Below, one piece after another: positions 47,701-61,979 of a DNA stretch of 64,000 nt. The stretch covers positions 3,844,001 through 3,908,000 of the forward strand of contig NC_047029.1 in the NCBI RefSeq assembly GCF_902652985.1. The letters run 5' to 3'. The notes under the pieces were generated by a model. It had not been told where the DNA came from and ran no database searches. It saw nothing but the letters and a program-made list of their open reading frames with translations. Both the position numbers and the translations under genes were made by a program. The DNA is from Pecten maximus (Eukaryota). The stretch's first letter is position 1. Each line of letters starts with the position of its first letter.

Positions 47701-50700
47701 AGCAAAATATCATTACAGGTTTAACTTCAGGCATTTTCGTAGTTTGGGACTCACTGTAAAAAACAAACTCAAACAGTTATACCTGGTAGACCTGGTAGCT
47801 ATACTGCATACATCATGTTTCTGTCAAATTGTAAATGACAATTACTGTAACTGTAGATGAGTTATAGGGTTAAGTTGAGGTTGTGGATTCAAATTTAAGG
47901 CACACAGTTATCACAATACAGAAAATATATCATTATTTTACCAGACACCTGACATTTTTATTTGTAAAATTAGAAAACAAACTAAAAGAATTCACATTTT
48001 ATCTATAGTAATGCAAAATTTGGCATAAAACTCTTGTGACTAACAATTACTATTAACAGGCTCTCAGAATTAAGCTGGGAAATTAATAAATTTTAGAACC
48101 AATCATCAGACTAATTCCAGTAACTTAGCCCTAGACTAACTGACTGATCAACTCTATGAGGTTAACTTAGCCCTAGACTAACTGACTGATCAACACTACC
48201 AGGTTAACTTAGCCCTAGACTAACTGACTGATCATGATCAACTCTACCAGGTTAACTTAGCCCTAGACTAACTGACTGATCAACTCTACCAGGTTAACTT
48301 AGCCCTAGACTAACTGACTGATCAACTCTACCAGGTTAACTTAGCCCTAGACTAACTGACTGATCAACACTACCAGGCTAACTTAGTCCTAGATTAACTG
48401 ACTGACCAACACTACCAGGCCAACACATGTCTACTTCTTTACTTACTCTTGTGATTTAGCCCCACAGAACTGGTCAGAGAAATGCATAAACTCTACCAGA
48501 CCTTCAAACTTGGTCAGCACCTGGCAAACCTGTCAATGCAAAACAAAAGTTATATGTAACAGTAAAACAGTGATGAAGGACAGAATACGGATTTATAGAC
48601 CCTGAAAGAATCTTAATCAAAATTATATGAACCTTGGTTTTTTGTTTGTTTTGTTTTTATTTTTTTTTGCGTTTTTTTTTTTTTTGCAGAAAACTACATA
48701 TATGTAATTGATATTTTTGAAGGAACAAAACTGCTCATTTCAGTTAAAGAAAACATATGTAGAAACATTTACTGAATATCTAGATATAAATATTATCACT
48801 AGGTGCACAAACTAGACTTTAAATAGTACCACTACATAGCTTGTCTTACGGTAGGATTTATACAAGAAAAGCAAGTCCATAGCTTATTTTTTTCAATAAT
48901 GAACTAGGAAACCTAAAGAGAGGTAACAATGGTTACAATGCTATATTCCCATACAAAATTATTTAATTACAAATACATGACACAGTCGAACTTCACTGGA
49001 ACGTCATATGTTGAATTAAGGTTTTAGGACAGTTCCAAAATACTTGCCTTTTTATCTAAAAGAGCATTAGATGCCTCTCCCACCTCACTCAGTAGTTGGT
49101 ACGAGTTTGGAAGATCAGTATATCTATCTAAATTCTTCTTTTCTGTAAACTGACTCTGTAAATCACAAAATGAATCAAATATACTGTTAATGTCAATTTC
49201 ACAAATGGTAAACATGTAATAACATGTAATAAACACAAGCAAATTTGTGGAATTCATATCCACCGCTTTCCTGACATATCTGTAAGTAAACCTTTTTGAG
49301 GTTAGGAAATGATAAATTCTGTTGATTCAAGGGAAGATAACTCTGTTACTAAGTTTGATGATAATAAAATCTGATATTTGTGGGAGTAAATGCATGCATA
49401 GAAACAGCAGAAAACATAACATAATCTGAGTCATTGATACACATAACTGATTATGTAATACACATAAACTGATAATGTAATACACATAAACTGGTTATGT
49501 AATACACAATGTACACATAAACTGATTACATGTTATATAACATAATCTGACTTTTAATAAACATAAATATTTAATGACTTTAATGACCTATAGCGACATA
49601 AATACAAACTGATCAATTTTTCACTTAGTTATATATATTACAGTTTGTTTGTTTTTAACAGTAATTTGTGTTTTATACAAAAGTAAACAGTAAAACAGGC
49701 TCTATAAAATATACAAAAATATGAACAGATCAAATTTGAGATATCAAACAGTAAATAGATGACATCTTTGAACACAAAAATAAAACAGTTTATTAATCAA
49801 TACATTATTTCCTTTGTGGTCAACTTGACATCAAATAAAAATGGTTATCATTTTAAAATCAGTCAGCGATTTATTTCCTTTGTGAAAAATACAACAAAAT
49901 AACATTATCAGTGACTTACCAAATCTATCATCTCTTTGTGTAACTTGGAACAGCTCCTCTTTGTAGCGATGGCAAATACAAACTTGTCCATAACATTCTT
50001 ATCTAGGTCTATCGTCACCAACTGCCAACATAAAATATCTTACTGTATAACATGAAATATTTGTGTGTACATTCTTTGATTCATGGTTTGGAGCTTTCAA
50101 ATTATTTCATGGTATCAATTAGGTTATTCCATAAAACAATAATACTTTCAACAATATTCACCACTGCTCACATTTTTTATGATTCAATTTTTTTTTATAC
50201 ATCTCAAAAAGCAATGATATTTGATGCAGTACGTACTATTTGATCTGAGGCTGGTTTAAACATATTGGTCATTGTACTGATAAGATCCTGCCTCTTCAGT
50301 AATCTAAGCTCCACCAACATCCCCTCTAGAGCAGTACGTCCACTGCACCAGAGTGCATACACATTCTCCGACTCCTTCATCAGGGTACCTGCCTGGGCCT
50401 CTTTCGTGGATCCGTCATCACCTGTAATTTATCACCAGTGGTAACACATCTGATAGTCACATTATACAATAGACCTACTGGTTGTTACAAACATGTAAAT
50501 AAAACATTAACTGTTCTGACATTCTCTGGTGTGGGAGGGGAGCAAGGCATTTTTTCAAAGACCCTACCTTTTAATTAAATATCAAAACACATTTAGTATA
50601 AGGAATACTAGAAAATGAGGCTTTACCCCTATATACATCAAATTTTAATACATAAGCCTCCCAACACATCTACACAAATAATTCTGGAATAGACCTAATT

Positions 50701-53700
50701 AAAAGTCCACAAAGAAAGTACATCTTTCTGTCATAACAAAGTCTTTATCAAAGTTCAAAAGAAGTTGAATGGAAATTGAAGGAGAGGATCTACAAGCAAA
50801 ATCAACAAGAATCAAATATTAAAATAAACTAAGGGTACTTACTTCAGCAAAGATTGTCAAATCAAAGTGATGTTCAGAATATCACCAATGTACATATTAT
50901 ATCACGATTATAAAGCCTAAATAGTTTGTAAGAGACATACACACAAGATTCAAATACAGATATAAACAAAGAGCAATACCAGATAACTTTAGCAAAAATA
51001 GTCAAAACAAAATATTGTTCAAGAAAATAAATCTACATATCATGATAAAAAAGCCTACCCACGTTTCAAAGAGATCAGTAAACAAATGTAGGAGATCTCC
51101 AGACAAAGATCAAATACTGAAATGAATAAAGGGAAGTAACTTCTGCAAAAACAGTCAAATTGAAATACCATTCAGGTAAACAGCTTCAAAACCTTTCACT
51201 GAATTTTTATTTAATACCAGTTACTTTTCACATGTTTTAATGTGCAATGTGAAAATCATCACAAAGGTTTGTGATAGTAATGTAAGAGCCCGAGGCATCC
51301 TATGTTATAACTGTGAAAAACTCACCAACAATATGGAAGTTACCCTCCAGCAGCTCACGGTTAGACTGAAGCCAGGCCTGGGCTAACTTGTGGTTCTTGT
51401 TTTTACCATGGATGAAGTTGAGGAAGTAAACAGCAAGACCAGCCAGCATCAGGATCTCCATGTAGAAACTGTCCCAGTTTGTACGCAAATGACCAGGCAC
51501 CTGTCATGATTGTGATTTACAGTGTACTGTACATAATATTGCAATATTTGCCTCTAGAATCAGCTGTCAAAAGTTCTTTTCATTATTTTTTTTTTTATTG
51601 AACTTTTAAGTACAGTACTTAAATTTGAAAATATATAAACTTTCAAAGTTAGTTAAAATGTCTGAAAATTCTGAATGAAAGATTGAATTTCAAAATAGAG
51701 CAAATTTTCTTTTCATTTCATCTACAAACCTTGGCCATTTTCAAATCAGGAAGATCTTTAGACTTTCCTGAGCTTGGACTTTGACTTTTATCAAATCCAA
51801 TGAACTCATCTTCATCTGTGAAGTGATCAAACTCATCATCATCGTCTTCAGTCTGAAAATGCAAAATCACCATAAAATAAAGGTATGGAAATTTTTAAAC
51901 ATATAGCAAAATATCAGTGAATTTCGATTTTACTAGTGACAAGAGAAACTAAGACTGAATTTGATAAATTATCATATCATAATTGTATACTGTTTCAGGA
52001 AAACATTCTTTTAAATAACATCCATTTGGCTCTTGAGCTCTTGACAAGAGGGAATATATAATGAAGGGCTAAAATTTGATATTCAAGCTGAAATGCAAAA
52101 AGAATAAAAAATATATTTAGGTGACTAATGATAGACAGTAACACCAGGCAAAAACAAATTGTTTTATCTAAAGAGGATGTTTCCCCTACAGTACAGTAGT
52201 ACAGAGGAGCCCACTTATTTGCATATCGGTTATTTGAATATCCCGCTTATTTGCATAAAATTCTCAGGTCCCGATTTTCTTCTTCTTTATCTTTGTATTT
52301 TAATCCCGTGTATTTGCATCGACTAAAACACCGACTCCCGCTTATATGCATATAAAAATTCCAAAAAATCGAAAATTTTTAATTGATTTTAGGGTATTTT
52401 TGTAATTTTCCCGTAATAAAAGTTTGATGAAAAGTTTTTTAACTTACATATTGATTCGACACGATGTACAACGTTATCTTATCATTGGTTCACACTTCGT
52501 CATTACAGGTTACGTTCGATGCATCGATATCGACATTAAGTTATTATCCAGACCATATCAGTAGCAATGTGCAGAAGAATTACTGAATAAAATATTTATA
52601 TGCCTCATCTTTTGATGAGATTTGTTTATTTATTATAGCATCGATCCAAACCTGTGTTCTGTGCACTTGAACACTCGCTGAGGCAGGTTGCGATCGCCAT
52701 GATTGTTTACTAGGCGCGTTGCATTGTGGGGGCATATGTGTAAGGAACGACAACTCTTTGTGTGCGTGCGCCATTTTCCAAAACAAACCCAAACGACAAT
52801 ACACATCACACGGTCATTTAAGCAGTTCATCATCTATGGTCAAACAACTAATATACTCATAGCAGGAACAAAACGCATCTCGAGACGATAATGAATGTTA
52901 ATTGAAACGATGACATTGTACATCGTAGTGCCAACCCACGTGTGTACGACCGATATCGGACCCAGAGACTCGGAGTGACAAGTAGTAAACGATGAAGTAT
53001 ATGCAAATATTTGTACATTTACAAAGAATAACAACCCATGTATTTCGTATTTACTCTTATATTTTAAATACTGTTTTTTTTTAAATATATTTTTAATGCA
53101 AATAACGTAAACAATCATATAGCGCCCATTTTGAGTACCTACCTGACGATCTACATAGTGTATAAGAGGGGCCAAAACCCAACTCCGCCTATACGAATAC
53201 TCCAGTTATTTGCATATTTTGTCATGGAAAAAGGGCTATGCAAATAAGCGGGTTGCTCTGTACTTCATAATATGTTAACAATTATCATATGGCTAATAGG
53301 CTAATAGTTGGACCCATTTCAAATTATAATATGTCAACTTCAATCTTAATTTCCACATTATTCTTGAAAATGCCTTTCCTAATTTGCCAATTTTCTTCCC
53401 AAAATAAAACATTTTTTTTAAAATGCCTCATTCCAAATTAGTACAAAAAGTCCTGGACACTAATGTTAATGCAATCATTGGAATGCTGTGCCCTAAGAGG
53501 TATAGTTATCAATACCAGTGTTTGTGGTTATGGTATCTAGTTATACCTCTATAGTACTGTCGTCTTCATCCTCTCCCTCAACATCTCCTTCTTTCTGCTG
53601 CTGAACTTCAACATCCTCAGGAAATTCAGCCCTGTCTCCGTCCTCCAACACTTCAACTATGAGGAAAACAAACAAATCTTAGTTTTTAGGAATGTCAAGT

Positions 53701-54256
53701 TATGCAAAATTGATACTTAAAGCCTTAATAGTATTGAGTTTTGCAATACAGACAATAAACAATCAAATTAATTATTTTTACTAATCTGTTAAACGCTTTT
53801 TCATTTGGGACATTAAATTAGGAGTGATTAAAAATGCAGAAAACAAAATACATATATTGGTGACATAAGGATTGTTTCCAGATGCTGTACCATGTCAATC
53901 TATTCAGCAAATAAGCTTAAAAGACACCTCCCTCATGTTAGTAAGCTGTGCCAAAGATATGGCATTTTTACCATGCTGCAGCAATGATGGGTAGCGTTTG
54001 CCAATTTGCAAGAATAGATTGACAAATCTATTGTTCATTTTGTTACAAGTATGTTTCGATGTTTCCCACTTGTGCAATATATAATAAGCTAATTACACAG
54101 AATATGTAACTCACCATCTTCAAAATCCTCAAATTCTGCAAAATCATTGTCCTCTATGTCAGCATCGTGAGGGTTTCCTGATTTGACTGTGATTATCCCA
54201 GTAACAAGGATAAAAGTCAATACCAGGCAGCAAGTGAAACTCTTCATGTTTTTCAT
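44735..54256 (-). CDS. CCDC47: PAT complex subunit CCDC47 (calumin), about 475 aa; terminal micro-exon uncertain
   Basis: Exons 54256-54115, 53656-53547, 51852-51730, 51500-51326, 50421-50237, 50021-49920, 49155-49048 (GC donor), 48529-48447, 47753-47695, 47249-47140, 46047-45880, 44959-44903, then 44740-44735 (I*) or 44338-44327 (EIM*). Signal peptide, acidic DNDFAEFE region, [31 protein letters not shown] segment, LWCSGR...LKRQDL, HFSDQF, and C-terminal coiled coil [27 protein letters not shown]. Confidence 0.95.
45086..45857. repeat. ~27-bp minisatellite in a CCDC47 intron
   Basis: Unit CCCTGACTATGACCTACATACACACAA, with length variants. Confidence 0.95.
48118..48424. repeat. 42-bp minisatellite, about 7 copies, in a CCDC47 intron
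   Basis: Unit AACTTAGCCCTAGACTAACTGACTGATCAACTCTACCAGGTT. Confidence 0.93.
52202..53260. mobile_element. Non-autonomous pogo/Tigger-like DNA transposon (about 1.06 kb) in a CCDC47 intron
   Basis: TA|CAGAGGAGCCCACTTATTTGCATA…TATGCAAATAAGCGGGTTGCTCTG|TA, with repeated subterminal TTATTTGCATA motifs; CpG-retaining interior; no transposase ORF. Confidence 0.85.
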
Positions 54257-55361
54257 CTGTACACAAAGAAAATATCTAAATTTGAGGGAGCAAATTTGAT
54301 ACACATGTCGGACAGTTGGCCTAGAAATTTGTATGTTTCATAAATAGACTAAGTTATGTGATATATAGGTCGAGATTACACTGACTTCGCAAAAGTTTGA
54401 ATTATTCATTCTCCATCAATTTTCTACCTGATCTAGATCTGTTGCAATTATGCAAATGTCCTAATTTTACACTTGCCTGAAAGCAAATGCCTACATAAAT
54501 GTCTAGAGAAAAAGAAATTAACCTAACTAAGGTAAACATGCACGTACTTCCCTTTTCTAAACTTTTCTATTCAAAACAAACAATCGTCTTACGATTTAAA
54601 CATTTTCTTTGAAAAATCCCGTTTTTATCTAGATTTTCTAAACATTATATTAATAACTTCCGGCCGGAGCATTTCAACAACTTTCATATCAAGCCAATGG
54701 TTAAATCTAATGTAAGATTGTTTGCTGTATCAAACACCTGCAAACAATCCTACTTATTTTAAATGTTTAGTCTTTCATTTCATACACAGTGAGTTTAGTT
54801 TAAGATCGAATTTGAACATTTACGCCTTCATGGTCATTATCCGTCAAAATTGGTAACATTTGCTGCGTAGTCCGATGCCGGTTCACCAATGATGCGAAAC
54901 CGTATAAAACTTTGGCAAATTTTCAATCGGTGACTGTTTTTATTTAGGGGGGAAGGTAACAATATGCATTCACGGTCGTGATGATGAGTTAATATACTAT
55001 TAATTGAAGTTCAGGAATATTTTTATACGGATGCGAACATGTGTAAAACTTACCAACGTCGAGAGAAGCCTGCCTCGTTCTGATAACAGAGGAGAGTTCC
55101 ACAGTCAACGTGATTATTACCTCCCCTTACAGAGTGTCTCGACACGGCGTGATCAACGCGAGAGAGACAATTTCCTAAATAGTCAGAGATGTATAATTAA
55201 CTCATAATATTTTCTTTTCACGATACACATTGTTTATAAAACAGAAAATTCACCAAAATATGTATTTTTATAGATTACATATTATTAAAAAAAAAAACAA
55301 AAAAAAAAAACGAAAACAACAAAGATATGATATATGTACCAACGTTCTCCAGGATCTTACG

Positions 55362-55862
55362 GCACAGGCGCTTGCATATAAAATGTGATTTTCATTTTTT
55401 TATATGACAGTGGTATGTGTACTCCGTATTACACAGTACACATACCACTGATATCATTTTTTTTCGGCATAGCCGTATAATATTCTTTTGGCCCCGGATA
55501 TGACGCGACAGGTGGCGATACTGGTCAAGATGAAGTATGTGATTGGCCAATGTGGCGGTAAATGCAAATGCAGATATGCAGTTAAAAACGAAAAAAGTTA
55601 AGAATGCAAGCTGAGGAAATAGTGTATCTTTTCAAATGACACATCAATAGAATTATATTCCTGATTCAAATGCTGTCTTATTATCACCAAAAATGATTCA
55701 AACTGATCTACTTTTGTTATCCGTGCATTAAAAACTAATTAGTTCGTTTATTTCACCAGCAGTTTTACATTATAACCACCAGCATTAAAACTATGCCGTT
55801 TATCCCAAGTTTTTAAAGGTATTTCTTGTTTTAATTCTCATTTTCTATGCAAGCTCCTGTGC
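55362..55862. mobile_element. MITE
   Basis: Inverted ends GCACAGGCGCTTGCATATAAAATG / CATTTTCTATGCAAGCTCCTGTGC. Confidence 0.7.
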
Positions 55863-58309
55863 TTAGGGTTTTTCTGGACAGCTCATAATAAAAAGGAGAG
55901 AAAAACACCAAGACAATACAAGAAAAGATGTCATCATCAAGATCGTGAATAACTGATGAATTTATGTTTCGGTTGCATATCAAGCTTATAAGCTTTTAAA
56001 AAAGTAGGATTTGACAATCCGAAAGAGCACTAATAAATTTCCGAAAAGTTGTAATATTCACAGTTTGATATCCAAATTTTGTTTGACAGTACTTGAATAA
56101 CAACATTCGGGACGTTCTATACTGTGTATGTAGACATAGTTCTCTTTGTAAACGAATATTTTGTAGTCATGCCCGGCGGACAGTACATAACATGTTTAAC
56201 ATTTGAGATCACGCGGCAATAAAAGCTGTATAACATGTTGGTAGTTCGCGGATAAGAGGTTTAGCCCAGGTCCTTGTTTTGTTGTTTGACGTTGAATACA
56301 TGTATTTCTATCATTTCTATGTGCTTCGCTTATTCAAAGTGTGGTTTAACCACATATGTGTGGTACCAAATTCGTAATAGATTCCATTATTCACCGTACG
56401 TATAACTCCTATATGGTGGAATTATATTTACTTTCCTTTTCACATATATTAATGTACATGTACATGTATTGATTATAGTCTGCCGAAGTTCACAAATACT
56501 AGATCTAGTACTTCTGCATCTTCCTTGGGGTGTTATTAAATTGTCTTTTAAATAAATGCTGTCAGACGTCTTACCCCATTCTAACGGGATCTTGTACTCT
56601 TCCTCGTCCTTGAATGGCCTAAATGTTTCCGTATTGTCCGCGAAAAGGAATGCATCCGTTCCAGGGACTTATAGCTTGAGGTATTTCATTTATACCAAAC
56701 ACAAATAAAAGAGGCGCCAAAACTTATCCCTGGGGTATACCGCTTATTACAAATTTCCATTCCGTATTTTTTTTTTACATTACGACGGCCCTTTGTTTTC
56801 TTTCAAGTTAAAAATTAGCAAGTCAAGAAGAGAACATCGTAAAAACTCCATATTTTATAAGGGTATGGCTTGGGGTGTTGATGAGATTCATCAAATGCTA
56901 TCATAAATTAGGCATACATTAAATCGACATTAAATTCTCCATTATCCAGAATTTATGTTTTCAGAACTTGTAGTTCTCTTCAGATTATGGAACTGAAAGA
57001 TATGACGCCAAGTCCTTCTAATATCTTCATGTTGTTACCCTTCTCAACGTTGTCAAACTAGGTAGTGGCTCTATTTACACTCAGTTAAGAAAAAAAAGGT
57101 CGTCAGATTAAAGCGCCTCCTACCCACTAGCCAGCATTTCCACCCACCCACAAGCGTGTTGATAAGTGAGGAAATCAAAGGTCGAGGTTTTCCAGAGACA
57201 AGGGAGACTATAGTCAATGATTGTCTCCCTTTGTTTTTTTTAATTCGTATAAGAAATCATCGTCGGATACCTACACTCAGCTACACTTATTATCGTGAAC
57301 ATAAAACGACGATAACAGGTACATTATGTATACATGCGTTATGTTTTATAACACAGGGACGAATTTCAAATCCACACAGAATATATTTAATACAATGTGT
57401 ACTTTTACGCGAATTATGGGTTTTATGGTTATACTTATGTTGTATTTGTTATCCATTCTGTAATTGGACCCCCGGGTTTGTTGAATAGGAAATAAATAAA
57501 TAAAAAATCGTGCCAAGTCCCTATGATTTATAACACTATACTGTGAATCAGTATTCAATAAACATCAAAGTTATGTGTATCAGGTAAACTGTCCAATGAA
57601 ATCAGCAGACATAAACACAGTATCATAATCACCACAAATCCTTTTAATACTGTTGTCAGCGTGTTATACATATCACACATGTAGATAAAGAGAAGATAAA
57701 ACAAATGAAACAAGAGAAAAAGCTAATATTGTACGGTAGAAAAAAAAACAAGAAATATTTCAACATTTTTGCAGTAAAGTACATTTTTTGCACGATATAA
57801 ACAAAATAATTATGATATGTATATATGTAAAATATAATACAAATAAGCAAATTATAATATATAGCACGTATACACACATAATATATACCCCAGTATACTG
57901 AAGATTCCATTCCTAGTGAGGAATGCCATTTACATTTTAGAATCTTCAGTGGCAGAATAATACAGTCATAATAGTTTATAGACATTAATAACAAAACATT
58001 GACATTCCAGTTATCACAGGTTTTTTTGTCCATATAGTTCTATAGATATTAAGTCTGGATACCACTTTTTACCAGCCCCTGATGTTAACACCCAATAATA
58101 ATACAACTGTGATTCCCAAAAGGGTGCGAGACTTCCCTAACTATAGCCATGCTCAGTAATGGACATCAATGGTTTACGGTGGATATGACTACTATACCAC
58201 GCAAACGAAGGTAATTTAGTTACAATGTAAAGATAAAATTCTAACACTTTCCCTCAATTATGACGACTAAGACTTATAATATAAAGCATCTTATTCATTC
58301 AGTCGGAAT

Positions 58310-59560
58310 TTAAATCTTCGGAATATCTCTGGGTTCTATAATCCAGCTTGTTGGATACTCCTTTTTCCTTCGCTCTCGTTCACTTTCAATCGCTTCGTGA
58401 TAGTAACCATAGTAATCACCACGCCCTTTTCGCTCCACCGGAACAAAAGCATCACTTTTCGGCCAGGGATTCTGGAAAATGTCTTTTGATGGCATTGCGG
58501 GAAGGTCCCGAGTATATCCGAACAGTTTCAGATCTGCTTTACCAGTCTGTAGTAGGCCGATATTTTTGTTGTAGTAACCTGTAAACAGACACATTTTAAA
58601 TGTAAACAACTTGAAATATACACAAATACACACACAACTCAAATAATAGCGAAATAAAAAACATCAACTCAAACAAAACAAGACAATTCGGTAAATGACA
58701 TCTCCCATCGGATGGAGGTCAAAGGTCAAAATATAGGTCACAGTGACCTACTTTTGATACATGACGCATCGCTTCACCTAGGTGAACTTCTGCCTCAAAT
58801 ATGAAGTTCCAGTGACAAGTATTGTATGTCATGAGATAGAGTCCTAAATTGCGGTAGGACAGACGGAATGACGAAAGAAAGGAAGGACAAGTGGACGGAC
58901 GGACATACCACAATCGTATAGTCCCGATTCCCGGAAAAGGGGAGAGAAAGGCAAATAACGAAACAAAGATACTATACAACTCATTAAAGATACACAAAGA
59001 TTATATGATGTATAAGGACACATGCAACTCTATAACGACAAAACCTGTGCTTAGAGGATTCAAATCTGATAATAAAACAAAAGCAAAAACCACACAAGCA
59101 ATTATTCCCCCCCGCCCAATTCGAATTTCACATTGGACAGTATGAGCAAACACAAATCTGAGCACTTTCCTTTTTGGAGCAATCTGTCAATGTTGATTCA
59201 TAGCTTTGAACATTAAATGTAGCTCTGCGTTTCCAACAACAAAATTTGATAATTTTTATATGTAATGATGTACGGATAGTGTTATTAAAATTTACCGGAA
59301 GACGTGTCTCGGTTTCTCATAAAGTCCACCCATTGGTCCTCTGATTGGATATCGATAGCGTCTCTCTTGGTATCACGTGGCAACGACCGGAACTGATCCT
59401 TGGCTATCCACGCCCTCTCTGACGGTACGTAGTGGGCCATGCCCATATAGGCATGGGACTTCCCGTCACCACTAGCGTAATTGTGAATAGGCACGGCATT
59501 AGTGGGACCACGCTCCTTGAGGTTAGTCCCTCCGCTTGTGGCGTACTCCTTCCGGTGCAT
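58310..59560 (-). CDS. Uncharacterised 177-aa protein (paralog A), 2 coding exons
   Basis: Acceptor ttacag just upstream of the ATG. Exons 59560-59296 (phase-1 donor ccg|gtaaat) and 58578-58310 join in frame (…RDTSSG-YYNKNIG…FQNPWPKSD…RGDYYGYYHE…PKI*). Coding status is supported by the paralog at 63707. Confidence 0.85.
58675..58950 (-). mobile_element. Decayed HINE-like element
   Basis: AAACAAGA terminus, GGTCAAAGGTCA/GGTCACAGTGACC motifs, GACG microsatellite near the other end. Comparable terminal fragments at about 296-350 and 19313-19410. Confidence 0.5.
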
Positions 59561-59719
59561 GACTTCCTGTAAAGTAGACTACCTACAACACAAGAAGAAC
59601 ACTGCTAATTTTACGTTTAGCTAAGATATTGAGGGAGATTGAGTCATTAAAGGAGAGAAAATGACTTCTGATAAAGGGTTTCTATGCCACAGAGAGCTGA
59701 AAATTCTCGGAATTGGCGA

Positions 59720-61495
59720 ATGACGGATGGAAGAGGGACGAAGGAGTGTTAAAGGGATGGAGTGGAGATTGAGGGTGCAAGAGAGAATGAGATGTTGAGG
59801 TTGATACAGGAAAGGAGAGAAGTTGAGGGTGATAGAGGGATGGAATAAGGATGGGGATAATAGAGGGATGGAGGAAAGGTGGAGGGCGGTAGAGGGATGG
59901 AGGAGAGATAGAGAGTGGTAGAGGGATGGAGGGGAGGAGAGATGGAGGGTGAGAGAGGGATGGAGGGTAAGAGAGGGATGGAGGAAAGGTGGAGGGCGGT
60001 AGAGGGACGGAGGAGAGATAGAGAGTGGTAGAGGGATGAAGGAAAGATAGGGAGTGGTAGAGGGATGGAGGGGAGGAAAGATGGGGGGTGAGAGAGGGAT
60101 GGAGGAGAGATGGGGGGTGAGAGAGGGATGGAGGAGAGATGGAGGGTGGTAGGGGGACAGGAAAGGTGGAGGGTGGTAGAGGGACGGAGGAGAGGTGGAG
60201 GGTGATAGAGGGACGGAGGAGAGGTGGAGGGTGGTAGAGGGATGGAGGGGAGGAGAGATGGAGGGTGAGAGAGGGATGGAGGAAAGATGGAGGGTGGTAG
60301 AGGGACGGAGGAGAGATAGAGAGTGGTAGAGGGATGGAGGGGAGGAGAGATGGAGGGTGAGAGAGGGATGGAGGGTAAGAGAGGGATGGAGGAAAGGTGG
60401 AGGGTGGTAGAGGGACGGAGGAGAGATAGAGAGTGGTAGAGGGATGGAGGGGAGGGGAGAGATGGAGGGTGAGAGAGGGATGGAGGGTAAGAGAGGGATG
60501 GAGGAAAGGTGGAGGGTGGTAGAGGGACGGAGGAGAGATAGAGAGTGGTAGAGGGATGAAGGAAAGATAGGGAGTGGTAGAGGGATGGAGGGGAGGAAAG
60601 ATGGGGGGTGAGAGAGGGATGGAGGAGAGATGGAGGGTGACAGAGGGACGGGGGAAAGGTGGAAGGTGGTAGAGGGATTGAGGAAAGGTGGAGGGTGGTA
60701 AAGGGACGGGGTAAGGTGGAGGGTGGTAAAGGGACGGGGTAAGGTGGAGGGTGGTAAAGGGACGGGGTAAGGTGGAGGGTGGTAAAGGGACGGGTGGTAG
60801 GGTTAAGGTGGAGGGTGGTAAAGGGACGGGGTAAGGTGGAGGGTGGTAAAGGGACGGGGTAAGGTGGAGGGTGGTAAAGGGACGGGGTAAGGTGGAGGGT
60901 GGTAAAGGGACGGGGTAAGGTGGGGGGGTGGTAAAGGGACGGGGTAAGGTGGAGGGTGGTAAAGGGACGGGGTAAGGTGGAGGGTGGTAAAGGGACGGGG
61001 TAAGGTGGAGGGTGGTAAAGGGACGGGGTAAGGTGGAGGGTGGTAGAGGGATAGAGGAGAGGTGGAGGGCGGTAGGGGGATGGAGGAGAGGTGGAGGGCG
61101 GTAGAGGGATGGAGGAAAGATGAAGGGTGGTAGAGGAATGGAATAAAAGATGGAGGGTGGTAGAGGGATGGAGGGATGATGGAGGGTGGTAGAGGGATGG
61201 AGGAAAGGTGGAGGGTGGTAGAGTGAGGAAGGAAAGATGGAGGGTGATGGAGGGACGGAGGAGATATAGAGGGTAAACGAGGGATGGAGTGGAGATGGAG
61301 GCTGAAAGAGGGACAAAGGAGACATGGGAGCTGATGGAAGGACGGGGAGACGTGAAAAGTAGGAAGGGGACGACAGGGAGATGGACAGATGATAGGGGAC
61401 GACGAAAAGGTGGAGAGGTGATATAGGAGTGAGTGATAGATGGAGGTGAAGGAGGAACAGGAATTGGCAGGGCAGGGGAAAGGTACATGAAGGTG
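59720..61495. repeat. Purine-rich (G/A) compound minisatellite with a 28-bp core array (about 60686-61040)
   Basis: Units such as GGAGGGTGGTAGAGGGATGGAGGAGAGAT and GGTGGAGGGTGGTAAAGGGACGGGGTAA. Confidence 0.93.
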
Positions 61496-61744
61496 CAAAA
61501 ATTAAATGAGTTATTGATGTGAAACTTCGGTGAGTGTTCAACCAAATTTGATCTCCTTTAATTAATTATATATTAAACGATCTAGACTAGAAGAAACTTA
61601 ATCTGCAAATGTATAGTAGTACAAGCTTAACTTTTCAATGGGAGTGACCTCCCCTACATCATGTAGACTCTCTCTAGTCAAAGTACTGTAATAAGTTTTG
61701 ATGCAGATTGATTGACCTGTCATCCGCTGCAGCTGTTGTCTTAC

Positions 61745-61979
61745 CTGTATTTCAGGTAGAACAATAAACTTATTGTTTTTTATCCTCCCTAGCTCAGTCT
61801 GAATTTTCTAATCCCTGCGTGTCGGATAAGATTTAAATGACCTGCCGTCAACACTGTACAATCCGTCTTCTATGTGTAGAGGGCGCCCTAAACAGTTTAC
61901 ATTGGTTACACGATATATAACGCAATACAGGTAAACATCCGGTTTGTTCAGGTGTGTAACACAGCCACAACAGTCACAG
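61745..61979. promoter_or_regulatory. Candidate compact bidirectional promoter and 5' UTR exons of paralogs A and B
   Basis: Outward-facing strong donors: CAG|GTAAG on - at 61745/61744 and CAG|GTAAGT on + at 61979/61980. Between them: forkhead-like GTTTACA (61895) and GTAAACA (61931), ATTGG (61901), TATATAA (61914). Confidence 0.55.

Noticed and set aside
52580-53175. ORFs inside the 1-kb TIR element as a transposase
   Set aside because: Short, with no HTH or DDE motifs; the element is non-autonomous.
59682-61545. ORFs of 619, 598 and 231 aa (Pro/Ser/Leu/His-rich, extensin-like)
   Set aside because: All three frames are open because the C/T-rich repeat strand has few stop codons; the region is an intronic low-complexity tract.
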